A stretch of DNA of 22,651 bases from Candidatus Sericytochromatia bacterium (GTDB taxonomy: Bacteria > Cyanobacteriota > Sericytochromatia > S15B-MN24 > JAQBPE01). Shown here one piece after another: positions 8,674 to 18,338 of this stretch (the stretch's first letter is position 1; each line of letters starts with the position of its first letter). The DNA lies in assembly GCA_040400605.1 (NCBI GenBank), contig JBBAPZ010000014.1:1-22651 (forward strand), given 5' to 3'. The translations under genes were made by a program, and so were the position numbers. A model generated the notes under the pieces. It was not told the DNA's origin and searched no databases. It saw only the letters and a list, made by a program, of their open reading frames with translations.

Positions 8674-9603
8674 GTGCGTCTTGCTTCATCCATCTTCGGA
8701 GGTGATGCGCCCATGCCGCCAACCCGTATGAAAATTTCGATTACAGGCCGTTTGCGTGCCGGCCTGAATGGCACGCCCGACGTGCAACGCCCTGCCGCAA
8801 CAAGCGCATATGAGCGATTCCAAGTCTGGCGCAAGCGTCCGCCCGGACTCTGGGGCGGTTTGTTGTTGCCTGTCCCCTTACTCGCTGGATTCACCTTTTT
8901 GTTTCATTTTGTGATGGGCTTACAAGGGCCTTTGCCCTGGTTATCCGAGCGGCTTTGCGAGATGGCTTGGCTGATTGGCGTCAGTATGGGGTTGGCCACC
9001 TTGGGACAAGTGCTGACACGTATTCGTTCGGAATCGGTCTGGCGCACCAGCATGGGGCGCAGGCATCTGGATTACTCGCCGCGTCGCTGGCATTATGCGG
9101 TGACGTTTGTGATTGCCGCGATACCGATTGTTTTGTTGCAGTTGTCCCCAACTTTTTTGGATGCATGGCTGGATGGTGTGTTTCGTCTGCAAGGATTGAT
9201 CGGAACGGGACATCCAGCGATCATTGGTTACACGCCCGACACGGCCAATTTGACGATTTTGCTTGTTTACCTGCTAATCGATTGGCAGGCGCGGCGCTGG
9301 ATTCTGAACATCCCGCCTGGCAGGATTCTTGGTTTGCACCGTGAATTGCAGCGATTGGGAGGTCGGGTGGGTTGGCGTGAGGAAGTCTGGAACCAGACAG
9401 TCGTTGAATGTGTCGATCGCTGGCTTGGTGAGCAAAGCGTCTCAGACGCTTCCTGGCTGTTGTTTGGTGACGGTTTGCGCCATCAACGTGCGCGTTTCGC
9501 AGCCCTGCGCAAAGAGATATTGGCCGCTTGGGCGCACACGCCACCGGACATCCCGCGGTTGCAAAGAGCGGTTGCCTTGTACCGCAAACAACGGGTGAAT
9601 TGA
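8674..9603 (+). CDS. hypothetical membrane protein (about 4 TM segments plus soluble C-terminal domain)
   Basis: 309-codon ORF divergent from dgt with four hydrophobic stretches; its stop overlaps the RBS of the next gene. Start uncertain (GTG 8674, ATG 8713 or ATG 8728). Confidence 0.75.
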   Translation: MRLASSIFGGDAPMPPTRMKISITGRLRAGLNGTPDVQRPAATSAYERFQVWRKRPPGLWGGLLLPVPLLAGFTFLFHFVMGLQGPLPWLSERLCEMAWLIGVSMGLATLGQVLTRIRSESVWRTSMGRRHLDYSPRRWHYAVTFVIAAIPIVLLQLSPTFLDAWLDGVFRLQGLIGTGHPAIIGYTPDTANLTILLVYLLIDWQARRWILNIPPGRILGLHRELQRLGGRVGWREEVWNQTVVECVDRWLGEQSVSDASWLLFGDGLRHQRARFAALRKEILAAWAHTPPDIPRLQRAVALYRKQRVN

Positions 9604-9611
9604 GGCACTGG

Positions 9612-10949
9612 GTGACCATCAAGCAATCCGAGCCGACGCTCAAGTGGCCTTCAGAAATTGTTTATCAAATTTTTCCAGACCGTTTTGATTGCCATGACCC
9701 TACGGCAAGGCCGCACCCGGGGGCTTTCGACTGGAATGGTCGCCCCATTGAAACAGGCACCACCGCCCGCCGGGTCACTCGTCGCCACGCTCATCAATAC
9801 ACGTTTTTTGGTGGCACCCTGCAAGGCATCAATCGCCGTCTGGATTATCTGGTGGAGTTGGGTATCACCGCCATTTACCTGACGCCAATTTTTAAAAGTC
9901 GCTCCACGCACCGTTACGATACTGATGATTATCTGTCGGTCGACCCCGTTTTAGGAAGTCGCGAAGACTTTGAAGCCCTCGCTTCGGCCATGCGGGCACG
10001 CGGGCTCAAACTGATTCTAGACGGGGTGTTTAACCACACCTCCTTTCATCATGCGTGGTATCAGTCGTGCCCCGATTTTTATTTGCGCAACCGCGACAAC
10101 AAACCCGAAACGTGGATGGGATCGGGATTTTTGCCCAAACTTAATCCAGAAAATCCGGAGTTACAACAGCAGTTACTGGATGTGATCGCCGCTTGGCCGG
10201 AGGTGGATGGCTGGCGCCTGGATGCGTCACACCTCATTGCGCGTGACTTTCTGCGTCGTTTGAAACAGGCGGTGGGCGAGCATCGACCCGTCATCGGGGA
10301 AGATTGGGATGATGCGCGGTTTGACTTGCGTGAGGGTCTGTACGACGGGGTGACCAATTTCAGTTTTCAACGCAATGTCACCGCGTTGATGATCGGCGAT
10401 TGCTCGCCCGAGACGTTGATCCGGCGTTTGCAGGTCATTCACGAGGGTTATCCGTGGCCCGGTGTGTTACAAAGCTGGTTGTTGCTTAACAATCACGATA
10501 CCGACCGTTTCTTTTCCAAAATCGGCGAAAACGAAGCGGCCTATCGGATCGCCCAGGTTCTGCAAATGACCTTGCCCGGCACGCCACTGATTTATTACGG
10601 AGATGAATACGGTATGACCGGCTGGGGCGATTGGGAGGCGCGCTCGCCCATGATTTGGCGCCCGACACCGCGACAAATGGCGCGTCGCCAACATCTGAAA
10701 TCATTGATCACGCTTCGCAAAACACACCCGGTACTCGCTTGCGGTGCCATTCACTTTCATCACGCGAGCAACCAGAATCAGGTACTGGTTTATGAACGCC
10801 ATAACGCAACGCAACGGGCCCTGATCATGATCAACCTTGGCCCGCGCGCGCACGCCTTCGTTAGTGATGGCCTGTCAGTACAGGCCGAAGCGCAGGACTG
10901 GGCGATCGCACTGAGCCCAAACACCGCTTCACAACTATCCCAAACGTGA
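9612..10949 (+). CDS. GH13 glycosidase, neopullulanase/cyclomaltodextrinase-like
   Basis: YQIFPDRF, HRYDTDDY, DGVFNH (region I), DGWRLDA (nucleophile), IGEDW (acid/base), NNHDT (region IV), LPGTPLIYYGDEYG. GAGG precedes GTG 9612, preferred over the track's 9528. Confidence 0.93.
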   Translation: MTIKQSEPTLKWPSEIVYQIFPDRFDCHDPTARPHPGAFDWNGRPIETGTTARRVTRRHAHQYTFFGGTLQGINRRLDYLVELGITAIYLTPIFKSRSTHRYDTDDYLSVDPVLGSREDFEALASAMRARGLKLILDGVFNHTSFHHAWYQSCPDFYLRNRDNKPETWMGSGFLPKLNPENPELQQQLLDVIAAWPEVDGWRLDASHLIARDFLRRLKQAVGEHRPVIGEDWDDARFDLREGLYDGVTNFSFQRNVTALMIGDCSPETLIRRLQVIHEGYPWPGVLQSWLLLNNHDTDRFFSKIGENEAAYRIAQVLQMTLPGTPLIYYGDEYGMTGWGDWEARSPMIWRPTPRQMARRQHLKSLITLRKTHPVLACGAIHFHHASNQNQVLVYERHNATQRALIMINLGPRAHAFVSDGLSVQAEAQDWAIALSPNTASQLSQT

Positions 10950-11115
10950 CCCGAAGCACCACAGCGACGCAGGGAAGTCTAACCGGACGCTGCTTGACCG
11001 TTGCGCCAGAGCCGCTTGGTCACGCAAGAAAAATCATCGGCTGGGTAATAACACATTATTAAAACTTTTATGCTCAGGCTGATCGTCGACAGAAAGCTCG
11101 GCGAAGGAGGACTTG

Positions 11116-12150
11116 ATGGGTGATGTGGGTAGCGTGAACGGTGGCGCAAAGCTGTTTCTAGCTGGCACGCCCGGGACTGCAAAGCCGGATGCCAACAAAC
11201 AAGAGTCTGCAACCCCACCTGCTGGGCCTGCCGACTCGTTACGTTTGAGCACAAGTGGCCCCAATCGCGGTAACGCGCCCGCGGCCGGTTTGACTGCGGC
11301 GGATCTCATGCAGGCTTTTCCCGGCTCCGACAAAAAAGCCCCCCCGCCAACGAATGATGGCAACGTATCGGACGCCCTCCCCCAACCAACCCTCTTGCCC
11401 GCCCAATCAAATGGCGGACCACTATCCAGCGTGAATTCCCAGGCGGCGATCACAACGCTTGCCGCAGACAATGAAGCCAAGATTAAAGAAGCCGAGGCCG
11501 AGCTAACGGCTTTACAACAAGCAACCCAAGCAGCAGCAACCAGCGAAGCCCCAATGGCTCCCCCAGATGCCAAGTTGCGGCAAGCAATTGAAGAAACCGC
11601 AGCGCAGATTCAAAAAGCGGAGAGCTTGCTGCAACAGTTGCAACAAGCGGTGGGCACAGAAGCGACCAAACAACTCCCCCAGCTGATGGCCGAAAATGAA
11701 ACCGGCATTAAACAGGCGGAAGGCTTGTCCCTGGAATTGCAGCAGGCCCTACAGGCAGAGATTGCCAAGCAAGCCCAACAAATGATGACCACCAACGAAG
11801 CCGCCATCCAACACGCGCAAAGCGTGTCGCAAGAGTTGCAACAAGCCGTGCAGGCAGAGATTGCCAAGCAAGCGCAACAGTTGGCTTTCGAACATGAAAC
11901 CCGTCTGCGCGCGTTGGAATCAGCCATTCACACATTGACGCCAACAGTCGATGCGACAACCGGCGCATCACCGACACCGCCGCCACCCGCACCCATCCCT
12001 GAAGTGGCACAGCCGGCGAATCAAACGCCCATGCCCCAAGTGATGGCGCCGGTTAACCCGGTCACTATGCCTGAGGTGACGACACCAGTCAATCAAGCAC
12101 CCATACCCCAAGTGGCGGCACCAGTTAACCAGACGCCCATCGCCCCTTGA
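11116..12150 (+). CDS. hypothetical Gln/Ala-rich coiled-coil repeat protein with Pro-rich tail
   Basis: AAGGAGG at 11104-11110 then ATG 11116; in-frame 99-nt and 36-nt repeats; segment shared with the next gene; terminator downstream. Confidence 0.88.
   Translation: MGDVGSVNGGAKLFLAGTPGTAKPDANKQESATPPAGPADSLRLSTSGPNRGNAPAAGLTAADLMQAFPGSDKKAPPPTNDGNVSDALPQPTLLPAQSNGGPLSSVNSQAAITTLAADNEAKIKEAEAELTALQQATQAAATSEAPMAPPDAKLRQAIEETAAQIQKAESLLQQLQQAVGTEATKQLPQLMAENETGIKQAEGLSLELQQALQAEIAKQAQQMMTTNEAAIQHAQSVSQELQQAVQAEIAKQAQQLAFEHETRLRALESAIHTLTPTVDATTGASPTPPPPAPIPEVAQPANQTPMPQVMAPVNPVTMPEVTTPVNQAPIPQVAAPVNQTPIAP
11575..11935 (+). repeat. in-frame 99-nt (33-aa) degenerate tandem repeat, about 3.5 units
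   Basis: LQQA codons at 11638, 11737 and 11836; CAGGCAGAGATTGCCAAGCAAGC identical at 11752 and 11851. Confidence 0.9.
11989..12147 (+). repeat. in-frame 36-nt (12-aa) Pro-rich tandem repeat, 4.4 units
   Basis: APIPEVAQPANQ / TPMPQVMAPVNP / VTMPEVTTPVNQ / APIPQVAAPVNQ / TPIAP. Confidence 0.9.
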
Positions 12151-12202
12151 GCGGTCACGCCAACTGAACAGGGTCGTCCGGCTCGCATTTAACGTCAAAG
12201 AC

Positions 12203-12240
12203 ACGCCTTGTGCCTTAATGAAGCGCAAGGCGTATTGTTT
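12203..12240 (+). terminator. probable intrinsic terminator
   Basis: ACGCCTTGTGC-N9-GCGCAAGGCGT stem (one G-U pair) followed by ATTGTTT, about 50 nt after the 12150 stop. Confidence 0.7.
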
Positions 12241-12545
12241 CGTGTCGCTCCACCGGATCGTCGAACCTGCCCGTGTCGCGTCGATGACGTGCGACAGTTG
12301 GTTACCATCACTTGAGCATCCACACATCGTGGTACACCCGCCTGAAGACAATTTTAGCCATCAGTTCAGATCACGTCGGATCAATAGAAATGACGATAAA
12401 GCACGCAGTCACGTCTGTGACCCGACACCTTGAAGTTAAATCTTGATGACTTCAGGTTTGTAATTAGACCCAACTGGGCACAATATAAGCAGAGAGATCA
12501 AGCACAATCCTGACTTATCTTCCTTCGATTAAAACTAGTCTTAAC

Positions 12546-12572
12546 GCAAGTCTGACACGAAGGTGACGATAA
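12546..12572 (+). promoter_or_regulatory. putative sigma-28 (FliA/SigD)-type promoter
   Basis: GCAAGTCT-N11-GACGATAA versus consensus TAAAGTTT-N11-GCCGATAA; 60 nt before GTG 12633. Confidence 0.5.
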
Positions 12573-12632
12573 GCAAAGGTGTACACGTTCTTTCAAGCAC
12601 GTGGCGCCCGCGGTGGTTCCGAGGAGGTCCTT

Positions 12633-14084
12633 GTGACAGAAATTGGCAATCAGTATGGCAATTTGTTGACGCCCCGTGTGGGGGCGCCACGTAGTGACCA
12701 TTACAGCGGTGAGCGGACCTTGGCGGAGCCACCGCAGCGCATGGCCCAAGACACGTTCCAGACGAGTTCGACGGTGGGTCGATCCGGTACGGCGGGCGTT
12801 GATCCCCGTGTCTTGAATTACGGGTCAACCCAGTCGCCAGGGGCGTTGGCACCGAATGGCGCACCGTTAGTACCTGTTGCGTCGCAGGCTGCGATTACGC
12901 AACTGGCCGACATAAACAGTGCCAAGATTAAAGAAGCCGAATATGCGCTTTCAACCTTGCAATCGGAGTTGCGCAATCAGGGCGTGGTAGTGCAACAGGC
13001 GCCGATGAGCCAGCAATCGGTGCAAGCGGAGTTACAGCGTTTGCAGGGGCAATTGTCGGAGATCAATCGGGATCTTGAAGCGCTGATGCAACAGTTGCCG
13101 CCCGCCACGCAACCGCAGGCGAGCGGTCAGGCGATCGCACCGGCCGTTACCGGGGGGTCGTTGGGTGTTGAGGCGGCGGGAGCCCAAAGTGGTGGCACGT
13201 ATGTCGTGCGACCGGGCGATTATTTGATGAAAATTGCACAAGAGCGACTCGGTGATGCCAATCGCTGGCGCGAAATCTATGAAATGAATCGTGGCGCGCT
13301 TGGTAATGATCCCAATCTGATTTACGCAGGGACCACCTTGCGCGTGCCCGCTGGGGCCAACACGCCGGTTGCGCCGACTCAACCCCAGCCGGTTGTTCCA
13401 CGGCCTGTCCCACCGGTTGCAATCCAACCGGGCAACCCGGCAACGCCTCCTGGCTGGCAGCCCGTCAGTCCCATCCGACCCGAGGTGCCGGGCACGCCGC
13501 CGCAGGTGATACCGGATCTGCCGGGGGTCAAACCCAGCACCCGTCCGATGAATGATGCTGAAATGTTACAGCGTGCGCAAATGTGGGGTCTCGTGCCGCC
13601 TAACACGACCCGACTGACACCCGAAGCCCAAAACAACGTCCGGATGTTCGAAGGAGAGCTAGAGTCGTACCAAACGATTTATCGCGGCAACGTATTGGGG
13701 CCTGATCTGGAAGTCATGGCGCAGCAAGAGGGGCGCGGGCAGGACTTCAAGGAAGTTACCACGCAAGTGCAAAAAGCCTTGGACATTCTGATTCAGTCGG
13801 GACGCCTACGAGTGGTTGGCGCAGATGGCGTGCCCTTAAGAGGTTTGCAGGCAACGGGCAGCTACTTCAAGCTTGATGGGCAGGGACGTCCCATTGTGGA
13901 CCCGAACGGCAAACTGGTACAGGATCAAACGTTTGTCGACGCCCTCACACAGTTTAAGGCGCAAAAAGGCATTCATCAAAGCTATCGCCTGGCCGATGGC
14001 ACCTACGCGACGAATGAATACGCAGGTCCCGGAACGGTGACGGCCTTGCGTGATGCAGTCAGGGGTGTGCGTGGCGGGCCTTAA
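12633..14084 (+). CDS. LysM domain protein with N-terminal coiled coil, Pro-rich linker and C-terminal PG-binding-1-like region
   Basis: GAGGAGG at 12621-12627 then GTG 12633. Lys[32 protein letters not shown]...[14 protein letters not shown] at 13197-13349. C-terminal VTTQVQKAL...[12 protein letters not shown]...AGPGTVTAL. Confidence 0.9.
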   Translation: MTEIGNQYGNLLTPRVGAPRSDHYSGERTLAEPPQRMAQDTFQTSSTVGRSGTAGVDPRVLNYGSTQSPGALAPNGAPLVPVASQAAITQLADINSAKIKEAEYALSTLQSELRNQGVVVQQAPMSQQSVQAELQRLQGQLSEINRDLEALMQQLPPATQPQASGQAIAPAVTGGSLGVEAAGAQSGGTYVVRPGDYLMKIAQERLGDANRWREIYEMNRGALGNDPNLIYAGTTLRVPAGANTPVAPTQPQPVVPRPVPPVAIQPGNPATPPGWQPVSPIRPEVPGTPPQVIPDLPGVKPSTRPMNDAEMLQRAQMWGLVPPNTTRLTPEAQNNVRMFEGELESYQTIYRGNVLGPDLEVMAQQEGRGQDFKEVTTQVQKALDILIQSGRLRVVGADGVPLRGLQATGSYFKLDGQGRPIVDPNGKLVQDQTFVDALTQFKAQKGIHQSYRLADGTYATNEYAGPGTVTALRDAVRGVRGGP

Positions 14085-14165
14085 TCCACTGGGATCGCCC
14101 GTAAAAGTGTAAGATTCGGGTGCTTGGCACAAACGCATGGATGTTTGATCGTACGGTGGCGTGCA

Positions 14166-14188
14166 TGAAAGCTCACCATGTGCTTTCA
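14166..14188. terminator. stem-loop between convergent genes, possible terminator
   Basis: TGAAAGC-N9-GCTTTCA; no strong U-tract on either side. Confidence 0.35.
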
Positions 14189-14492
14189 CGTCATCTATTT
14201 ACGCACCTTCGACAATTCGTGGAATAAAAAATGCTTGCAGTACCAATGTGATGCTTGTTTGGGCACCATTTGTCCGCATACCAAAACAACTCATTCCGTG
14301 GGTCGAACATTTTCTATAGACGATGCTATGACTTGATTTTGAGGTTTTGGTGCCGGGAACTATCGCAAGCCCTTTGTCGTCGCGGCACCCGTTTCGCGCA
14401 GAAAACGATGCGTCACTGCACGGCGTTTTGATTCTGAGCCCAAGTAAGCGCCTACCCCCCAAATGTCTATCTGGCAAAGTTTAAGCGCTTTT

Positions 14493-17393
14493 TTATCCGA
14501 TGGACAAAGCGTTGGCTTTTGCGTCGTGTTCAGCAAACAGTTTGGCGAGAAACAGGCCCGTGTGGCTGTCTGTGCAGCGGGCGACGTCGCGTGGTGTGCC
14601 GGTTGCGATAAGCCATCCGCCGCGATCACCACCCTCCGGGCCCAAATCGATGACATGATCCGCCTGCTTGATAATATCCAGATTGTGCTCAATCACCAAG
14701 CACGTATTTCCCGCATCCACCAAGCGATTCAACACCTGCAACAGTTTGTCGACGTCATAAAAACTCAAACCTGTCGATGGCTCATCCAAAATGAACAGGG
14801 TACGCCCTGTGGAGCGTCGGGCCAGTTGTTCGGCCAGCTTGATACGCTGCGCCTCCCCCCCTGATAAAGTCGTCGCCGGTTGTCCGAGCTTGATATAATC
14901 CAACCCCACGTCATGCAGGGTCTTCAATTTGGTCAGCGCACGCGGCACGGATTCAAAGAAAACCAGGGCTTCATCCACCGTCATGTCCAGCACCTCGGCA
15001 ATGTTTTTCCCTTTGAAGGTCACTTGCAGGGTCTCCCGGTTATAACGGGCCCCTTTACAAACGTCACAAGGCACGTAGACATCGGCGAGGAAGTGCATCT
15101 CAATCACGTTCATGCCTTCACCTTTACAGGCTTCGCAACGGCCGCCTTTGACATTGAACGAAAAGCGACCCGCTGAATAACCGCGTGCGCGTGCTTCGGT
15201 GGTCATTGCGAAAACTTCGCGCAGGTGATCGAAGAGGCCGGTATACGTGGCCGGATTCGAACGCGGTGTGCGTCCAATGGGCGCCTGATCGATAACAATG
15301 ACCTTGTCCAGATGCTCCAAGCCTTCGAGCGACGTCAATTTGGCAGGTGCACTCACGTGACGGTTAAAATGATGTTGTAACGCCCGGTGCAACACATCAT
15401 GCACCAGCGAGCTCTTGCCCGAGCCGGACACGCCTGTGACGCAGACAAACTGTCCCAGCGGAAAGCTGACATCCAATTGACGCAGGTTATTCTCGGCGGC
15501 CCCGATGAGTTGCAAGGCAACCCCTTTGCCCGGGCGGGTGAGGGGTGGAATGGGGATTTGCCGGGCGCCGCTGAGGTACTGTCCCGTGAGCGAGCGCGGC
15601 TCGCGCAAGAGGGTTTCAAGATCACCCTGCGCGACAATCTCACCACCGTGAATGCCGGCGCGAGGACCGATGTCGACGATATAATCCGCCGCACGAATGG
15701 TGTCTTCGTCGTGTTCGACAACAATCAAGGTGTTACCCAAATCACGCAGACGTTTCAAGGTGGCGAGCAGGCGATCGTTATCGCGTTGGTGCAGGCCAAT
15801 CGAAGGCTCATCCAGGATGTAAAGGACCCCTTGCAGGCCGGAGCCGATCTGCGTCGCGAGCCGAATGCGCTGGGCTTCTCCGCCAGACAACGTATTGGCC
15901 GCACGGTCAAGGGACAGGTAATCAAGGCCGACGTCATTCAAAAAGCCCAGTCGCGCCGTGATTTCGCGCAACAACTGAGCTGCGATGAGTTGTTCGCGGG
16001 GCGTCAGTGTCAAGTTGCCAAAGAAAGAGACAACATCTCGAATGGGCCATGCGCACACCTCCGCGATGGAGCGATCGCCCACCGTGATGGCCAGTGATTC
16101 CGGTTTCAGGCGTCTACCGTTGCAAGCAGGGCATGGAATCGTGGTCATGTATGATTCGATTTCCTGTTTCCAGCGCTCGCTGCTCGTTTCACCCAGGCGC
16201 CGCCGCAGGTTTGGAATCAACCCCTCATAACGGGTTTCGTACCCGAAGTCGTCGTACCGGAACCAGCTTGCCGCCTCAACGACAAAACGTTGCTGGCCCG
16301 CGCCATACAGCATAATCTTTTGCGCATGATCCCCCAATTCCTCCCAAGGCACATCCATCGAAAATTCGAAGTGCCCAGCCACCGCCTCAAGTAACTCGGT
16401 GTAATACCCGTTCCCCGTGCGGGCCCAGGGTTGCAAAGCGCCTTCCCGCAGGGACTTGTGCGGTTCAGGAATCAAAAGGCCGACATCGAATTCATTTTGA
16501 GCGCCAAGCCCGTGACAAGTCGTGCAGGCGCCAAAGGGGCTGTTAAACGAAAATTTGCGGGGACTCATTTCATCCAGGCTGATGCCACACGCCTCACACG
16601 CGGCGTGCTCCGAAAAAAGCTGCTCACGGCCAGGCGTCGGATTATCCCGGGTGCCGAGCCAATCAATCACCACAAGGCCTTGGGCCTGCTTGAGGGCGGT
16701 TGCAAGCGAGTCTGCCAAACGGTGACCGATATCAGGTTGTACGACCAGGCGATCAACCACGAGATCGATATCATGTTTTTTTGTTTTACTCAGCGTGATG
16801 GTATCAGTGAGTTCGTGGAGCTCCCCATTGATGCGGACACGCACAAAGCCATTCTGGCGCGCTTGGTCCAGTATCTTGTCGTGGGTGCCTTTTTTTTGTC
16901 GGATGAGCGGCGCCAAAATCTGAAAACGGGTGCCGGAAGGTTCGGCAAGAATCACATCGACAATTTGCTGGATGGTCTGCGGGTTGATCACGCACCCACA
17001 CGATGGACAATGCGGCGTACCAACCCGTGCAAACAAAACGCGCAGATAATCGTAGATCTCGGTCACCGTGCCCACAGTAGAGCGGGGGTTGTGGGAGGTT
17101 GATTTCTGATCGATCGAAATCGCGGGGCTCAAACCTTGGATATCATCGACATCGGGCTTGTCCAATTGCCCAAGAAATTGCCGTGCGTAAGCGGAAAGCG
17201 ACTCCACATAGCGCCGCTGCCCCTCGGCAAAAATGGTGTCAAAAGCAAGGCTGCTTTTGCCTGAGCCACTCACTCCGGTGAAGACGACCAGCTGATCACG
17301 CGGAATGCTGAGATCCACGTTTTTCAAATTGTGTTCCCGAGCGCCACGCACCCGCAGTTGCGGCTGGGGCGCGGAAAAGGGATGTTGCATCAT
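14493..17393 (-). CDS. uvrA: excinuclease ABC subunit A
   Basis: GAREHNLKN, two Walker A motifs [10 protein letters not shown], two LSGGEAQR signatures, CxxC zinc modules, [11 protein letters not shown]. Start ATG 17393/17390 or GTG 17402. Confidence 0.99.
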   Translation of the reverse strand: MMQHPFSAPQPQLRVRGAREHNLKNVDLSIPRDQLVVFTGVSGSGKSSLAFDTIFAEGQRRYVESLSAYARQFLGQLDKPDVDDIQGLSPAISIDQKSTSHNPRSTVGTVTEIYDYLRVLFARVGTPHCPSCGCVINPQTIQQIVDVILAEPSGTRFQILAPLIRQKKGTHDKILDQARQNGFVRVRINGELHELTDTITLSKTKKHDIDLVVDRLVVQPDIGHRLADSLATALKQAQGLVVIDWLGTRDNPTPGREQLFSEHAACEACGISLDEMSPRKFSFNSPFGACTTCHGLGAQNEFDVGLLIPEPHKSLREGALQPWARTGNGYYTELLEAVAGHFEFSMDVPWEELGDHAQKIMLYGAGQQRFVVEAASWFRYDDFGYETRYEGLIPNLRRRLGETSSERWKQEIESYMTTIPCPACNGRRLKPESLAITVGDRSIAEVCAWPIRDVVSFFGNLTLTPREQLIAAQLLREITARLGFLNDVGLDYLSLDRAANTLSGGEAQRIRLATQIGSGLQGVLYILDEPSIGLHQRDNDRLLATLKRLRDLGNTLIVVEHDEDTIRAADYIVDIGPRAGIHGGEIVAQGDLETLLREPRSLTGQYLSGARQIPIPPLTRPGKGVALQLIGAAENNLRQLDVSFPLGQFVCVTGVSGSGKSSLVHDVLHRALQHHFNRHVSAPAKLTSLEGLEHLDKVIVIDQAPIGRTPRSNPATYTGLFDHLREVFAMTTEARARGYSAGRFSFNVKGGRCEACKGEGMNVIEMHFLADVYVPCDVCKGARYNRETLQVTFKGKNIAEVLDMTVDEALVFFESVPRALTKLKTLHDVGLDYIKLGQPATTLSGGEAQRIKLAEQLARRSTGRTLFILDEPSTGLSFYDVDKLLQVLNRLVDAGNTCLVIEHNLDIIKQADHVIDLGPEGGDRGGWLIATGTPRDVARCTDSHTGLFLAKLFAEHDAKANALSIG

Positions 17394-17410
17394 GTCACTC
17401 ACTCTCGAAA

Positions 17411-17439
17411 ATCATAACAACGCGCGATCAATTGGGCAA
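17411..17439 (-). promoter_or_regulatory. putative sigma-70 promoter of uvrA
   Basis: Minus strand TTGCCC-N17-TATGAT with TG extension (TGtTATGAT) in the dgkA-uvrA gap. Confidence 0.55.
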
Positions 17440-17479
17440 AAACCGATCCAAGTGGCGGGGGTCGATCACAAGCGCCGCA

Positions 17480-17860
17480 CTAAAATGCGCCTTGAACGGC
17501 TTGCCCGATGTGGGGGCCCAAGATGATCACGCCCACCAACAGAGCGTTGATGGCTGATACCAGCACCGCTGCTGCTGCCACGTCTTTAGCTATTTTAGCC
17601 AGGGGATGGCGACGATGGGTGTAGAGATCGACGGCTGTTTCGATGGCGGTGTTGATCATCTCCATGGTCACCACCAGCGAACTCACCACCGCGATGATGG
17701 CCAACTCAATCGCACTGAGGCGCAGTTGCAAGCCAATGGCCATCGCAAGAAAACCTGCCAAAACGTGAATGCGCATATTACGCTGGGTGCGCAAACAAAA
17801 AGACACGCCTTCAAACGCATAACGAAAACTGGCAATGAGGGTGTGGGCTTTAAAACGCAT
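17480..17860 (-). CDS. dgkA: diacylglycerol/undecaprenol kinase family protein
   Basis: SFRYAFEG, QRNMRIH, EMINTAIETAVD, AKIAKDVAAAAVL; follows ybeY. Start ATG 17860 (or GTG 17875), not the track's 17971. Confidence 0.95.
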   Translation of the reverse strand: MRFKAHTLIASFRYAFEGVSFCLRTQRNMRIHVLAGFLAMAIGLQLRLSAIELAIIAVVSSLVVTMEMINTAIETAVDLYTHRRHPLAKIAKDVAAAAVLVSAINALLVGVIILGPHIGQAVQGAF

Positions 17861-17864
17861 CGGC

Positions 17865-18338
17865 TCAATCGTCACCAAAATTATGCACCACAGCCCCCAG
17901 GCGTGAAAGCAAAAACGCCTGCTGATCCCACATTCGATCCTTGTTCTCAGGCGTATCGTGATCATAACCAAGCAGATGCAACAGGCCGTGTGCCATCAGC
18001 AAGGCCAACTCGTCATCAAGGGTATGGCCCCGTTCAAGCGCCTGACGTGCGGCAATCTCGGGTGCTATCACCACATCACCCAGCAATTGCAAACCATCTG
18101 GCACAACAGCAGGCATCGGCGTCCCCTCCATCAACGGAAAGGACAAAACATCCGTGGGCGCATCAATCCCACGATAATCCAGATTCAACCCCTGGATGGT
18201 TGACTCATCAACGAAACTGAGCGACCACTCAGCGCCTGTACCCAACGCCATCGCCGTTGTGAGTTCGCAAGCCCAGGCGTGCAGTTTCTCAAGTTCCAGC
18301 ACGTGGCTGGTTTGTTCGTCATTTAGATGAATGGCCAA
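17865..18338 (-). CDS. ybeY: rRNA maturation endoribonuclease YbeY
   Basis: LNLDYRGIDAPTDVLSFP, LGDVVI, HGLLHLLGYDH zinc motif; likely TTG start 18338 overlapping the end of the HD gene. Confidence 0.96.
   Translation of the reverse strand: MAIHLNDEQTSHVLELEKLHAWACELTTAMALGTGAEWSLSFVDESTIQGLNLDYRGIDAPTDVLSFPLMEGTPMPAVVPDGLQLLGDVVIAPEIAARQALERGHTLDDELALLMAHGLLHLLGYDHDTPENKDRMWDQQAFLLSRLGAVVHNFGDD

Noticed and set aside
11575..12147. Repeats as a CRISPR array
   Set aside because: They are degenerate, in-frame coding repeats without unique spacers, and there are no cas genes.
17403..17479. LexA/SOS box upstream of uvrA
   Set aside because: I found no GAAC-N4-GTTC, cyanobacterial-type GTAC-N4-GTWC or CTG-N10-CAG match.
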